From a virus, in IMG/VR virus record IMGVR_UViG_3300028030_000007, positions 1 through 64,000 of that record: a stretch of DNA of 64,000 bases. One strand, given 5' to 3'. A program made the position numbers and the translations under genes. Numbering within the stretch: position 1 is the first letter of the stretch; each line of letters starts with the position of its first letter. Below the pieces are notes generated by a model. The model had not been told where the DNA came from, did not search any database, and worked only from the letters and a program-made list of their open reading frames with translations. Shown piece after piece: positions 1 to 10,390 of this stretch.

Positions 1-1749
1 CTAAAATTATACTATAATATTAAATTAGATGACACACTACCTGAAAAAGTATCCGATAGAATAAGAATAACCGATAAATTTAATACAAAAGTACTAGCTG
101 AAATGACAGAAGTACAATACCTGAAATATTTATATGAACAAGGTAGATGCAATATAAAACAACAAGATCTTGATCATCCACGAAAAGAGCTTATTCTTGT
201 TGTTGGTCGTAGGTCCGGTAAGTCTATGATGTCGTCTATCATCAGCGCTTACGAACTGTATAAACTACTTGCTAGAGGAAATCCACAAAAATATTATGGG
301 ATCCCCTCATCGTCAGAAATACGAATAGTTTGTGTCGCTAATGACAAAGATCAGGCGTCCATCGTTTATGGCGACATGGCTGGATATGTTGAAAACATTG
401 AATATTTTAAATCATCGATAGTTAACGACACGCAGACATACATGAAGTTCCAAACGGATCATGATAAAAAGGTATATGGTCCTGGAGGGAAATCATCAAT
501 TACTGCGACGTTCAAATCATCGATCGCTAAAGGTCTCCGTGGTCGAGGTGTCATAACGTTTGTGCTTGACGAGATCGCGTTCTTTGTGAATGACGGTAAA
601 TCATCGGCGGAACAGGTCTACAGAGCGATGAACCCGTCATTGGCTCAGTTTTCACCTAAGGGCGATGACGGTCGAACTCCTATGGGTCCGTCTGATGGTA
701 GAGCGATTTCTATCTCATCCCCAGACGCTAAAGCCGGGTTTTTCTACAATTTGTATCAAAAAGCATTATCCAACAGTAAGGGTAGTCAAAATATGCTTAT
801 GATACAGGCCCCGACTTGGGAGGTCAACCCTACACTTTCATCTGATTATTATATTAACGAGTATGAAAAAGATCCGAACTCATTTATGGTTGAGTTTGGT
901 GCTAGGTTTTCTGATCGTGTTAGAGGCTGGATTGAAGATGAAAAAGACCTTATGCTATGCGTTGACAAAAACCATCGACCTGTCAATTACGGCGATCACA
1001 ATAGCGCTTATTTTGCTGGAATAGACTTCGCGTTAGTTAACGACGGTACGGCGATTTCACTGTTCCGTTTCCATGATAAAAAATTAGAGCTTGCATATCA
1101 TGAAGTTTGGTACGCTAAAATCCCCTGGAAAGAGTCTAATCCACACTTGGATAAGCCGATAGTTCCTTATGCTAATCTACTAGGTAATCTAAATAGATTA
1201 GATATCATTGAAATAGTAAATTGGATCAAACAGTTATCTAAAAGATTTTATATACAAGAGGGAATATTCGACCAATGGGCCGGGCCGGTTTTTGAATCCG
1301 AGCTTATGAAGGTCGGTATTGATCAAATAAAGATGAAGCATTTCTCTGCATATGAATCTGCTTCCATGTATAATGATTTCAAAATGTTTATCATAGGTGA
1401 AAAGATTAGACTATATGATTGGCCTATCATTGAAAATAATGTTGATGGAAGTTCCCTTCATTCACCGCTAATTACGGAGCTTTTAGAACTTCAAGCTACA
1501 TCAATAGGTAAAAACATGTACTCTATTGAGGCCCCTGGTGTTGTAGGTAAACACGATGACGTTTCTGACTCCATGGCTCGTGGTGTTTATTTAGCCTCGC
1601 AGCATTTATCGGAAAATCCTAACCTGATGGAGTTTGGGGGTTTACGACAACCTAATAATAGGGGCGTAACGCCGCATATGACATATAGATCTTATCATAA
1701 TAGAAGAAGACAACTCCATGGGCCTGTAAAATATAGAAGTATTAAATAA
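1..1749 (+). CDS. terL: Terminase large subunit (5'-truncated; frame is open from base 1)
   Basis: Walker A LILVVGRRSGKS, Walker B FVLDEIAFF, coupling motif ISSP, RNase H-like nuclease motifs AGIDFALVNDGTA and HDDVSDS. Frame 1 has no stop from base 1 to 102. Lies directly before the portal. Confidence 0.93.
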   Translation, partial: LKLYYNIKLDDTLPEKVSDRIRITDKFNTKVLAEMTEVQYLKYLYEQGRCNIKQQDLDHPRKELILVVGRRSGKSMMSSIISAYELYKLLARGNPQKYYGIPSSSEIRIVCVANDKDQASIVYGDMAGYVENIEYFKSSIVNDTQTYMKFQTDHDKKVYGPGGKSSITATFKSSIAKGLRGRGVITFVLDEIAFFVNDGKSSAEQVYRAMNPSLAQFSPKGDDGRTPMGPSDGRAISISSPDAKAGFFYNLYQKALSNSKGSQNMLMIQAPTWEVNPTLSSDYYINEYEKDPNSFMVEFGARFSDRVRGWIEDEKDLMLCVDKNHRPVNYGDHNSAYFAGIDFALVNDGTAISLFRFHDKKLELAYHEVWYAKIPWKESNPHLDKPIVPYANLLGNLNRLDIIEIVNWIKQLSKRFYIQEGIFDQWAGPVFESELMKVGIDQIKMKHFSAYESASMYNDFKMFIIGEKIRLYDWPIIENNVDGSSLHSPLITELLELQATSIGKNMYSIEAPGVVGKHDDVSDSMARGVYLASQHLSENPNLMEFGGLRQPNNRGVTPHMTYRSYHNRRRQLHGPVKYRSIK

Positions 1750-1773
1750 TTTTTATTGTATGGTGTTGTAATT

Positions 1774-3492
1774 ATGCCGAAAGTAAAATTAACAAAGTTA
1801 GAAAAGCAGGCTAGAAGAGAGTCACAATCCATTAGAATGGCGTCAGCATACGGTGGTAATGGCGCTTTCGGCGGGTCCGGGGCTGACATAGCTACGGGAA
1901 ACTCTTCATTTTACAGCCCCCAGCTTTCAACAGATTTTCTTGAGCTTCCTCAATCAGAAAGAGAAAAAAGGGAGCTTTTTAGATTTTGGTATACTAGACA
2001 TCCGATTGTCGGTGCTGCAATAGACTTTCACACTGACGTTCCGATGTCCAAGGTTCGTCTTTCACTTCCAAAGGGGAAAGACGAAAAACGAAATAAAGAA
2101 ATTCTAGCATTCTTCCAAAGAATGAGCGATAGAGTTAACTTGTTTCAATCATTGTATGACATAACTCACGAATACTGGCTTCATGGAAATGTGTTTATAT
2201 TCTGTGAAGACCACGACTTGTCTGATGATATTCCTGAAGAGTTTTTATATGATTACGAGGAAGAACAGGTCGGTGAGCTTGAATATGACGGTAATGAGAT
2301 AAAGAAAACAGTAATGAATAAGGTTCCTAAATCCAAGGAACAAAAAGAAGAACTAATTAGAAAATACGTACAAAAGAAATATGACGGATATCAAAGAATA
2401 CAAATACTGCCTCCAGAGCAAATAAAAATAGAGACGTATCAGTATACAAATCGCATAAAGATGGAACTCATTCCGTCAGAAAAGGATAAAAGCGCGATCA
2501 TAGAGGCTCAGGATGGCAATGCACAATCTGCTAGAATAGCGGACGATATACCGAATGAAATAAGAAAATCTCTGATCGAGGGAGGATCAATTCCCCTTAA
2601 TACAAGCCCGTATGATGATTTCCTCTGTTCTTCATTCTGTTATCATCTTTCACACAAAAGATCCCCGTACGATGAACGTGGGATCTCGATTTTAGAAAGA
2701 TGTCTGACAACGCTACTTTATCAAGATAAACTTCGTCAGGCTCAGACATCTATCGCTTCGAGGGCCATGACTCCGAAACGTGTGATCTGGGCGGATAAAG
2801 CGTCTGTTATGGACGTTGAGGATCTACGCGCTCAAATCGATCAAGCGTTGATTGATCCTGACTATTCTATCATTACAAACTACGAAGTACACTGGGACGA
2901 AATTGGGTCAAGGGATCGTCTGTTGGACTTGGCGTCTGAATATGAATCAACAAACAAACTTCTGTATATCGGGCTAAGAATAACCGAGTCGATGCTTACC
3001 GGTGAGTCCACTTATACCGGGGAACGCATTCACTTGGATGTTATGAACACGATGTACTTGCTTTATAGAGAGCAAGTTGCTGGTTCATTTGTTGAGGAAA
3101 ATCTGTTCAAGCCGGTGGCGGAAAAGAAAGGATTTTGGGAGGAAGATGAATTCGGAAATAAGATCTTGCTCTATCCAAAACTTCAGTTTACACGTCTTGC
3201 GCTCCGTGACAATAGTGAGCTTTCTGATTATATGTTCAATTTGTATCAAAAAGGCTCACTACCTGTGGAGTATATTTATGAACTTCTTAACATAGATCCT
3301 GGTGATGCGCATGAACTATTGAAACGGGATTTGTTCACTGTTAAGGATAGCACGTTCAATGAGTTCTTGAGAAACGTCATGCAAGCCTCTGCTGCTGATA
3401 TCGCTCAAAATTCAAATATCAGTGAAGTTATATCAGAAAATAGCGGTCTTCAATACACGTCAACAGATAAAAAAGAAGAGAGTAGATTCTAG
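1774..3492 (+). CDS. Portal protein
   Basis: Follows TerL; about 570 aa. Portal-like segments FWYTRHPIVGAAIDFH, EYWLHGNVF and RGISILERCL. ATG at 1774 preferred over TTG at 1756. Confidence 0.85.
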   Translation: MPKVKLTKLEKQARRESQSIRMASAYGGNGAFGGSGADIATGNSSFYSPQLSTDFLELPQSEREKRELFRFWYTRHPIVGAAIDFHTDVPMSKVRLSLPKGKDEKRNKEILAFFQRMSDRVNLFQSLYDITHEYWLHGNVFIFCEDHDLSDDIPEEFLYDYEEEQVGELEYDGNEIKKTVMNKVPKSKEQKEELIRKYVQKKYDGYQRIQILPPEQIKIETYQYTNRIKMELIPSEKDKSAIIEAQDGNAQSARIADDIPNEIRKSLIEGGSIPLNTSPYDDFLCSSFCYHLSHKRSPYDERGISILERCLTTLLYQDKLRQAQTSIASRAMTPKRVIWADKASVMDVEDLRAQIDQALIDPDYSIITNYEVHWDEIGSRDRLLDLASEYESTNKLLYIGLRITESMLTGESTYTGERIHLDVMNTMYLLYREQVAGSFVEENLFKPVAEKKGFWEEDEFGNKILLYPKLQFTRLALRDNSELSDYMFNLYQKGSLPVEYIYELLNIDPGDAHELLKRDLFTVKDSTFNEFLRNVMQASAADIAQNSNISEVISENSGLQYTSTDKKEESRF

Positions 3493-3518
3493 GTCATTTT
3501 TGAATCTTAATTTTTGAA

Positions 3519-5618
3519 ATGAAACCTGAAGAATACTCAGCTGAAGAAGAACGTCAGGCATTGAAAGAGGACAGAAGACGGAAGCGTCCTGGCGATAAAA
3601 GAAAAAGATACAGAACACTCACTCCGTCAAATAAAGTGACGGAAAGACACAACATAGATGTTGATGTACTTGAGAGTGAAAAAGATTTTAGCGATGGGGC
3701 AATAAGCCACGGTCCTAAAGACAGAGATATGTCTTTGGATAACAGATACGCGTCATATGATGATTTGTTAGATCACATAGATTCCGCGTTGTATGGTCCT
3801 GGTTCTTTTTCGTCCATTTACATGTCATTGAGAACTGCTGCTGATGAACAAGATGACGAAGAAGAGCTTAAAGGTGACATCGATGGTTTAAACATCGATG
3901 GAGACATAAGTAGCCTGAGTGATATACTACATAAAATTGAAAAAACGAGAAAACTACTTAGGGAAAAACCAGGTAAAAAAGAGAAGAAAAAGTTAAGGAA
4001 AGAGCTTAAGGAATACAAAGAAGATTATAAATCAGAATATGCTAAAATTAGCGGTAGAATCTTCAATACATCATCGGTTAAGCGTATAGAAACTAAATTA
4101 AATAAGGTAAAAAATATAGCATTAGGTGGTGACATAGGGTATCCAATAAATGGTGAAGTACGCAAAAAGATAGATAAAATGCGTAACAATCTATTTAATA
4201 GTATATTTTATGAATTTAGAAATCAGATGGACATGAAACCGTCAGATTATGTAATACTTAAGTTAAGGGAGTTAGACAATAAAATCGATGATGTATATGT
4301 ATCAAGGGATATAAGAAATGAATCAATACAAAAATCATATTCGTCAATAATTGACGAGATCAATAAACAAAGTACAAGTAGTACAAAATATATAGATGAG
4401 TTTTTCCATCTAGTAAAATTAGTTACAATAATAAAAGACTCCGTTAGACGCCATGGTGTACAGGGTATATTTAGAAACATCATGAAGGTTTGGAGAGACG
4501 GAGATAGCATAGAAAAGTTTAAGGCAAAGTTGAGCGATGACGATGAAACAAATCTGTATTCAATAGCTTTGTCCGCTATGGCAAATGATCTTCTCATAGA
4601 TGGTGACATACTCGGTGTCATAGAAACTCCTAGTTTGATCGGTGAAAAAAGCAATGAATACATGGATCAAGCAAGAAGCGAGTATGAAGTAATAAAGAGA
4701 ATACACGACGAAAGTAACGTAAAAGAAACAAAATCTAAGTGTGGGAAGATTAAAAATGCCAGGTCTTTCGATAAACTAATAAGAAGATCAAAGTTAATAG
4801 ATGACAATAACATAATAGAAAATTATATATACGGATTGGTTAGATATGCGTCTAGTGTGTGTGAAGAAAATTATGAGTTAGCAGAATCTATAGTTGAAAA
4901 AAGTGAAGAGATAAGAAGTAATGCTAACACGCAGTATAGCGCTATCATGAATGGCGATGGACTGTCTGGTTTTTCATCTCTTGATTTTGATGTGTCCACC
5001 GTTAGTGGCGCTATTACATTGAATAATACACTAGCTAAGGTTATCGATCATACTAGTAGCACAATAAGAAATAAGGCTAGTGGAAAATTGATCGATATGA
5101 TAATGAACGATTACCTTGATAGGAGGTCTGAAGAAAGCATAAGACAACTTATGGGTAATAAAAAAGATTTGAATGAAGTAATGAATAGCATGCTGAAATT
5201 AATGACAGCAAAAGAAATACACAGTGAGGTATTTGGCGTTAGTGGAATATTGAGTGGGACTGATCCGAAAGATGTCACTCTTAACGGTGAACGAATAAGA
5301 GATAAAGTCTTAAGTAAAGTCATGGACTCTATGAACAAAGCTAAGAAATGGTTCAGTAGTGTCGGTGGAAAGATTAAGAGTAACTTTGAAGACGCGTATA
5401 ATACAAAAGTAATAATGAGAAATTTAAGGGACAGTGATAAAAATAAGAAAATCGGTGATAGATTGAAAGAGATGAAAAAATTCTCGGAAACTAGATTTGA
5501 GAGTGTTGATGATATGATGAGAAGGAATGATGAAAAATCATTTAAAAAACAGTTAGGTAAAAATCTAGATTTTAAGTTGGATAAATCTGTTTTGGGAATA
5601 AATGACTGGTCTGTTTGA
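3519..5618 (+). CDS. Hypothetical 699-aa helical protein, probably head-associated
   Basis: Long ORF between portal and protease; contains NRYAS and LRTAA motifs after a charged N-terminal region. Confidence 0.6.
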   Translation: MKPEEYSAEEERQALKEDRRRKRPGDKRKRYRTLTPSNKVTERHNIDVDVLESEKDFSDGAISHGPKDRDMSLDNRYASYDDLLDHIDSALYGPGSFSSIYMSLRTAADEQDDEEELKGDIDGLNIDGDISSLSDILHKIEKTRKLLREKPGKKEKKKLRKELKEYKEDYKSEYAKISGRIFNTSSVKRIETKLNKVKNIALGGDIGYPINGEVRKKIDKMRNNLFNSIFYEFRNQMDMKPSDYVILKLRELDNKIDDVYVSRDIRNESIQKSYSSIIDEINKQSTSSTKYIDEFFHLVKLVTIIKDSVRRHGVQGIFRNIMKVWRDGDSIEKFKAKLSDDDETNLYSIALSAMANDLLIDGDILGVIETPSLIGEKSNEYMDQARSEYEVIKRIHDESNVKETKSKCGKIKNARSFDKLIRRSKLIDDNNIIENYIYGLVRYASSVCEENYELAESIVEKSEEIRSNANTQYSAIMNGDGLSGFSSLDFDVSTVSGAITLNNTLAKVIDHTSSTIRNKASGKLIDMIMNDYLDRRSEESIRQLMGNKKDLNEVMNSMLKLMTAKEIHSEVFGVSGILSGTDPKDVTLNGERIRDKVLSKVMDSMNKAKKWFSSVGGKIKSNFEDAYNTKVIMRNLRDSDKNKKIGDRLKEMKKFSETRFESVDDMMRRNDEKSFKKQLGKNLDFKLDKSVLGINDWSV

Positions 5619-5644
5619 TAAATTTCTTATATTATATTTAAAGT

Positions 5645-6580
5645 ATGAAGTATAAAGATATACTAGATGAGATGAGCCGTGTCGCGGCGTATCACGGGAT
5701 AGTTAGAAAAATACCAATAGAGGGTGAAGAGGCTCATTTTAAGAGTATTAATGGGTATGGCGTTAATAGATACGTCAATGATACTACTCATTATGATTAT
5801 ATATTGAATATTGCAAAATCATTGATGAAGGAACCGGTATTCAATGATCCATACTTTGATGATGAAGATGTAGCAGATCATGCATTGAATATGGCTATAT
5901 ATGGAACCCCGATTTTTCAAAATAGAATAGACTCGTACACTTACGAACGATTACTCAATGACCTATCTGGTGTTGGGCATGGTCCTGCTGGATATAATGA
6001 CAAACAAGAAGTGTGGAATAAAACTGCTTCAGTTGCGGAGAAACAAATGAATAGCGATTATGTTAATGGTATCCTTGGCCTTTTAAAGTCTGCAGATCGT
6101 ATGGCATTTTCTGATCCGAACGTATCAGCTAGAATTTTGAAGTTCATAGTTGACTACAATGGATCAAGGATGGCCGCTGAAGAAGAGGCAATGAGTCCTG
6201 AAGCCGCCGCTAGAATTAGTGAGATAATTCAAGAGGCTCTTGATGGATTCAAGGCTGCTGAAGAAGCAGCCGAGGAAGCAAAGACCTCAATCAAAGATAT
6301 GCAAAAGAAGAAGCGTCTTCAGCAAGAGAGTTTAAAGCTAAAGAAAGAGCGTGAGGCCCTTCAGGCTATCCTAAGAGAGTATAACCCTGAGGATATCTTC
6401 GGTGAAATTGATAAAATAATGATGGAAACCGAACAGGGCGAAGGCGAAGAGAAAACGTCTTCATTGATAAATAGGGCAATCAATATTGCTATAAAAGACA
6501 ACGAGTTTATGCCTAAGATAGCTGGATCTGTAGCTTCAATAGTTGTTACCAAGATCAGTATGGCTAAACTGTCTAAATAA
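5645..6580 (+). CDS. Hypothetical protein, probable internal head protein
   Basis: 311-aa ORF in the head cluster; motifs SRVAA, NKTAS, SRMAA; coiled-coil-like C-terminal half. Confidence 0.6.
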   Translation: MKYKDILDEMSRVAAYHGIVRKIPIEGEEAHFKSINGYGVNRYVNDTTHYDYILNIAKSLMKEPVFNDPYFDDEDVADHALNMAIYGTPIFQNRIDSYTYERLLNDLSGVGHGPAGYNDKQEVWNKTASVAEKQMNSDYVNGILGLLKSADRMAFSDPNVSARILKFIVDYNGSRMAAEEEAMSPEAAARISEIIQEALDGFKAAEEAAEEAKTSIKDMQKKKRLQQESLKLKKEREALQAILREYNPEDIFGEIDKIMMETEQGEGEEKTSSLINRAINIAIKDNEFMPKIAGSVASIVVTKISMAKLSK

Positions 6581-6644
6581 GTTATTTATTATTGTTTTTA
6601 GCTAGAATTTTCAGTTATAACTGTGAATCGGAGAAGATACTAAA

Positions 6645-7145
6645 ATGGATAAAAGAATTGCAGCCAAGGTTTTAGACGAGCTTGATTCTATCGCTAATGG
6701 AATTGAATCGATCACTGCTTCAGGTAAAATCAACGAAAGAGTAGCGTCTGACATTCTTACGAGAATCGATGGCCTATCTGATAAGATTGAGTCATCAGTC
6801 TTTGGACAGGAGCAAATGCGTAATCGAGTCGCCGCTGTTCTTCGTGCCGACGCTGATGAGCCTTACATGAAGGATCACTTCGTCAACACCGTTATGCCTC
6901 GTCGCACTGAGCCCGATGAGCCTTACATGCATGAAGTTGGTGCTTCTTACAGGTCCAGAGCGATTAAGACGTTTGATGCTGATAGAAGTTCATCGATGTA
7001 TAATCGCGATGAGTATGCTGTTCGTGGTGCTGATAGTACAGAGGTGCAGCCTTCATGGCAGCATGGTCCCGTTAAGGACCCATCGTACAGATCAGCATCG
7101 GCGCGTCGTCGTGCTATGATGAGAAAAATTGCTAAAGAGCAGTAA
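6645..7145 (+). CDS. Hypothetical protein, probable internal head/core protein
   Basis: SD (GGAG) upstream; motifs KRIAA, ERVAS, NRVAA; internal DEPYM duplication (gatgagccttacatg at 6855 and 6915). Confidence 0.6.
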   Translation: MDKRIAAKVLDELDSIANGIESITASGKINERVASDILTRIDGLSDKIESSVFGQEQMRNRVAAVLRADADEPYMKDHFVNTVMPRRTEPDEPYMHEVGASYRSRAIKTFDADRSSSMYNRDEYAVRGADSTEVQPSWQHGPVKDPSYRSASARRRAMMRKIAKEQ

Positions 7146-7223
7146 AACCTAAATTCTCTGATTTAGGGTTATCACATCAGGCCCCCATATAATAGTGGGA
7201 TCTGTGAATAGCAAGCAAAAGAT

Positions 7224-7742
7224 ATGGGAACACATAGAAAAGCTTTTCTTGATTTTAGAAGACTTAGTCGTGGCTTTGATAGAGGCGACATAGTGCAAAA
7301 GTCTTCAATGAAAGATAACCTTATAACTCCGTATCATGGTAAGGTTTTCTATGTGAATCATGAGTCTGGATATCTTATGGTCATGTGGCCGTGGGGAATG
7401 GAACAGGAACTTCCTGACCAGTTAGTTAAGATTGGTCATGAGGATGCTGATCAATTTGACATGGATTTCATGTATGATACGTGGGATGCTAGAACTCATG
7501 GTGCATACTCTGGTGTAAATCAGCCTGGACATATGGGTTTGTCATACAGACAGGACAGTTCTCGTAGCAACTATAGCAAGGCTTATAAGGTAGCAAGCCA
7601 TTCCATGCATCATGGAAATGACATTTACCAGACTGTTTCAATAATGAGAAACAATGGTATAAATGGTGATGAAGCAAAACGAGTTGCTAGAGATCTGTAT
7701 GGGCTAAGGTATAAACTTTATCTACAGAAGAAAGTTAGATAG
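7224..7742 (+). CDS. Hypothetical protein with SH3-like beta module
   Basis: GDIV...YHGKV...LMVMWPWG...PDQL pattern resembles small SH3-like folds; located in the head cluster. Confidence 0.5.
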   Translation: MGTHRKAFLDFRRLSRGFDRGDIVQKSSMKDNLITPYHGKVFYVNHESGYLMVMWPWGMEQELPDQLVKIGHEDADQFDMDFMYDTWDARTHGAYSGVNQPGHMGLSYRQDSSRSNYSKAYKVASHSMHHGNDIYQTVSIMRNNGINGDEAKRVARDLYGLRYKLYLQKKVR

Positions 7743-7743
7743 A

Positions 7744-8553
7744 ATGTATAATGGGAAACAAGCCGCTGAACTCATTCGTTTAGCTAGTAAGTCAGACGCA
7801 TTTTCAGGCTCGGTTATTGCTGCCTCGATTATGAAGTTAGCAACATCAGAGTTAGAGCCCTTGGATCTTAGAAATGAATTTTCTAAGGTTAACAGGCTTC
7901 AGTACAAATCATCTGAGGATATCATCGATGAGGTTTACTCACTTCTCGGTGAAATGTACTCAGATCTTATGATCGATAAGATGGAAAAGATTGAGGAGAT
8001 ATTTGGTACTAATAGTGGCAGATATTCAGTCACCATCACGTCTGGTCTTTGGGATAAATTCAAGAAAAATGTCAAAAGTCTGCTTTATGGTGAGCAGTTT
8101 GAACCGGTGATGAATGAAGAGACTAACTTTGATTCCGGTGAGAAGATAGACAGAGATATTGTTAACGCTCAGAGAGCTTCAGATATTTTTGAAAATGTAT
8201 ACGCCAAATATGAAACTGCGATATCGGACATCAATGAACTTATAAAGCAGCATGATGGTGGAAACGCAATATTTGACGTTTCCTATGTTTCACTTCCAAT
8301 AAAGAGATTTATCTCTGGTGTTTTGAAGCCTGCTATGATGGAAATAAAGCAGATGATGAGATCTCCTAAGGTTTCATCGAAGATAGTCGATTACGTTATC
8401 AAATCGATTGAAAAGAACTCCAGCGTTCAAGATAACTACATCAGTGAGCTGAAACAGATCGTTTCAACTGACAAATCAGCTGTTAGGATCATCAAACTTG
8501 CTGCTACAAATCCTGCTGGTCGTCATCATTTGATGAGCATACTTAATTCTTAA
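7744..8553 (+). CDS. Hypothetical protein, probable internal head protein
   Basis: Motifs LIRLAS, IMKLAT and C-terminal IIKLAATNP. Confidence 0.55.
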   Translation: MYNGKQAAELIRLASKSDAFSGSVIAASIMKLATSELEPLDLRNEFSKVNRLQYKSSEDIIDEVYSLLGEMYSDLMIDKMEKIEEIFGTNSGRYSVTITSGLWDKFKKNVKSLLYGEQFEPVMNEETNFDSGEKIDRDIVNAQRASDIFENVYAKYETAISDINELIKQHDGGNAIFDVSYVSLPIKRFISGVLKPAMMEIKQMMRSPKVSSKIVDYVIKSIEKNSSVQDNYISELKQIVSTDKSAVRIIKLAATNPAGRHHLMSILNS

Positions 8554-8566
8554 ATTTTAGTAACAC

Positions 8567-8607
8567 CATGTGCCCATTCAATTATCTCCTGGTTGAGTGG
8601 GCACATG
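8567..8607 (+). terminator. Stem-loop (15-bp stem), putative terminator or processing hairpin
   Basis: catgtgcccattcaa ... ttgagtgggcacatg inverted repeat (one G-U pair) just after the stop at 8553; no long U-tract. Confidence 0.6.
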
Positions 8608-8674
8608 AGTATAGAAAATTTATATTATATTAATGATGTAGATGCATCAGTATGCTATAAAGAGGTTTCGTTAA

Positions 8675-10264
8675 ATGGCTCACAAAAAATACGCACATGC
8701 AGTCCTGACAGATAAAGTATTTCCATTCGAAAAGTGGATGGATGAGATAGTAAGTCATAACGATACGTCAATACTGCATGATAACTCAAAATACAGGAGA
8801 GCCTCTAAAGTATTACAAAAGGTAGATCCGAGTAAGTATTTACTATCACATGCTACTATTATAGCATCGGTTGATACATATGCTCCTAAAAATGTTAAAT
8901 TAGGAAAACGTATGTATGCCGGTAATCAGATAAATGTTAAATATCCTGATTATAGAATGAAGCCATATGGATTTAAGATTATAAATAATAATGGTGACGC
9001 ATGGGAAAGATCATTACTACTCTCTACATATAGAACCTTCATTGGTGCTCCAAATTATCTTGAACATGTTCAAATACCGGATTTATCAAAGGGCTTTATA
9101 ATTGATGCTGTAGCTAGAGATCTCGGTGAATCGTGTTATATTGACATTTTAGTGGCCACTGATAAAAAGCACTCAAAATTAGTTACTGACATTGAAAATG
9201 ATGTTATCACCGGTCTTTCAATGGGCTGCATATCACAGTTCACTATATGTACGAAATGTGGAAATGTTGCTTATGATGATTCACAACTCTGCTCTTGTAT
9301 TCAATATGAGGGTAAGGGAACGATGTTCACAGATGAAAATGGAGATGAGCACCCGATCTGTGAGCTAGTAGGACACGTTAGTGATCCAACGTCAAATCAG
9401 TTTATTGAGGCTTCGTGGGTACATTCACCGGCATTCGCTGGAGCTGTAAAAAGAAACATACTAAATTATGATATTAAAGAAGTAACCAATAAGATGGCGA
9501 CAGCGGTTGAAAACAGTTCTGGCATTTTCATTGATGGGAAAATGAAAAAAGTCGCTGCCGATGAAGATGCTGCCGATGAACCGGCACCGGCACCGGAACC
9601 GGAATCGGATGGACCTAGCATGCCTGGTCTCGATGGACCTGGTAGTTTATTAGGTGGTCCTGGTGGATCCGATGATGAACCTGACGACAAACAAGAAGAT
9701 GATAAAGAAGGTGGGATCGTACTGGATTCTATTGATGATATTAAAAAAGAAATACTAAATATGGTTAGAAAAGAGATTAAGAGGGAACTATCATCTCTTA
9801 ATATAAATGAAATAGATACAGTAGATTTCGCAGAGGCTAACGTAACAAATTCACACGGTGAAAAGAATAAGGGCAGTGAAGCTTCTGTAGATAAAGAAAA
9901 TAGTAATGTTCAGCACGCATTCATTGAAAATGTTAAATCTAAGATTAAGGATCCGAGAATCGTTGATTGGACGGTAAAAATGTCCAGTCGATTAGCATCT
10001 AATAACCTATCAAACATAACTGATAAACATATACTATCATTTTCATTAATTAATGATGCTATATCAGGTAAAAAATATAATAAGAAATTATATAAGGTTA
10101 TGAATAAAGTAGGTAGGATTAGTAAATATAGTAGTAAAAAACAATTCTTAATGAAATGCGGATCTATTTTAAATAGGAAGATGACCCATGATGAAATGAA
10201 ATTTTTCATTGAGAAGGGTACTATATTAAATGATGTTTACAATGTTAAGAAACATAGTAAATAA
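8675..10264 (+). CDS. Prohead maturation protease (HK97/herpes-assemblin-like fold) with Cys-rich Zn insertion and acidic linker
   Basis: NNNGD...NYLEH (catalytic His region), GLSMGC (Ser nucleophile), CTKCGN..CSC, FIEASWVHSPAF. Positioned before scaffold and MCP. Confidence 0.8.
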   Translation: MAHKKYAHAVLTDKVFPFEKWMDEIVSHNDTSILHDNSKYRRASKVLQKVDPSKYLLSHATIIASVDTYAPKNVKLGKRMYAGNQINVKYPDYRMKPYGFKIINNNGDAWERSLLLSTYRTFIGAPNYLEHVQIPDLSKGFIIDAVARDLGESCYIDILVATDKKHSKLVTDIENDVITGLSMGCISQFTICTKCGNVAYDDSQLCSCIQYEGKGTMFTDENGDEHPICELVGHVSDPTSNQFIEASWVHSPAFAGAVKRNILNYDIKEVTNKMATAVENSSGIFIDGKMKKVAADEDAADEPAPAPEPESDGPSMPGLDGPGSLLGGPGGSDDEPDDKQEDDKEGGIVLDSIDDIKKEILNMVRKEIKRELSSLNINEIDTVDFAEANVTNSHGEKNKGSEASVDKENSNVQHAFIENVKSKIKDPRIVDWTVKMSSRLASNNLSNITDKHILSFSLINDAISGKKYNKKLYKVMNKVGRISKYSSKKQFLMKCGSILNRKMTHDEMKFFIEKGTILNDVYNVKKHSK

Positions 10265-10390
10265 ATAAAATTTTTTTAATTACTTTGTAGGTAGAAGTTA
10301 AATTCTGAATTGTTAGTTATGTTGTAACTAACCGCTGGCGGAGACCAAAACAAACGGCACGAGTTATAATTTACTGGAGCTATACGAGCT

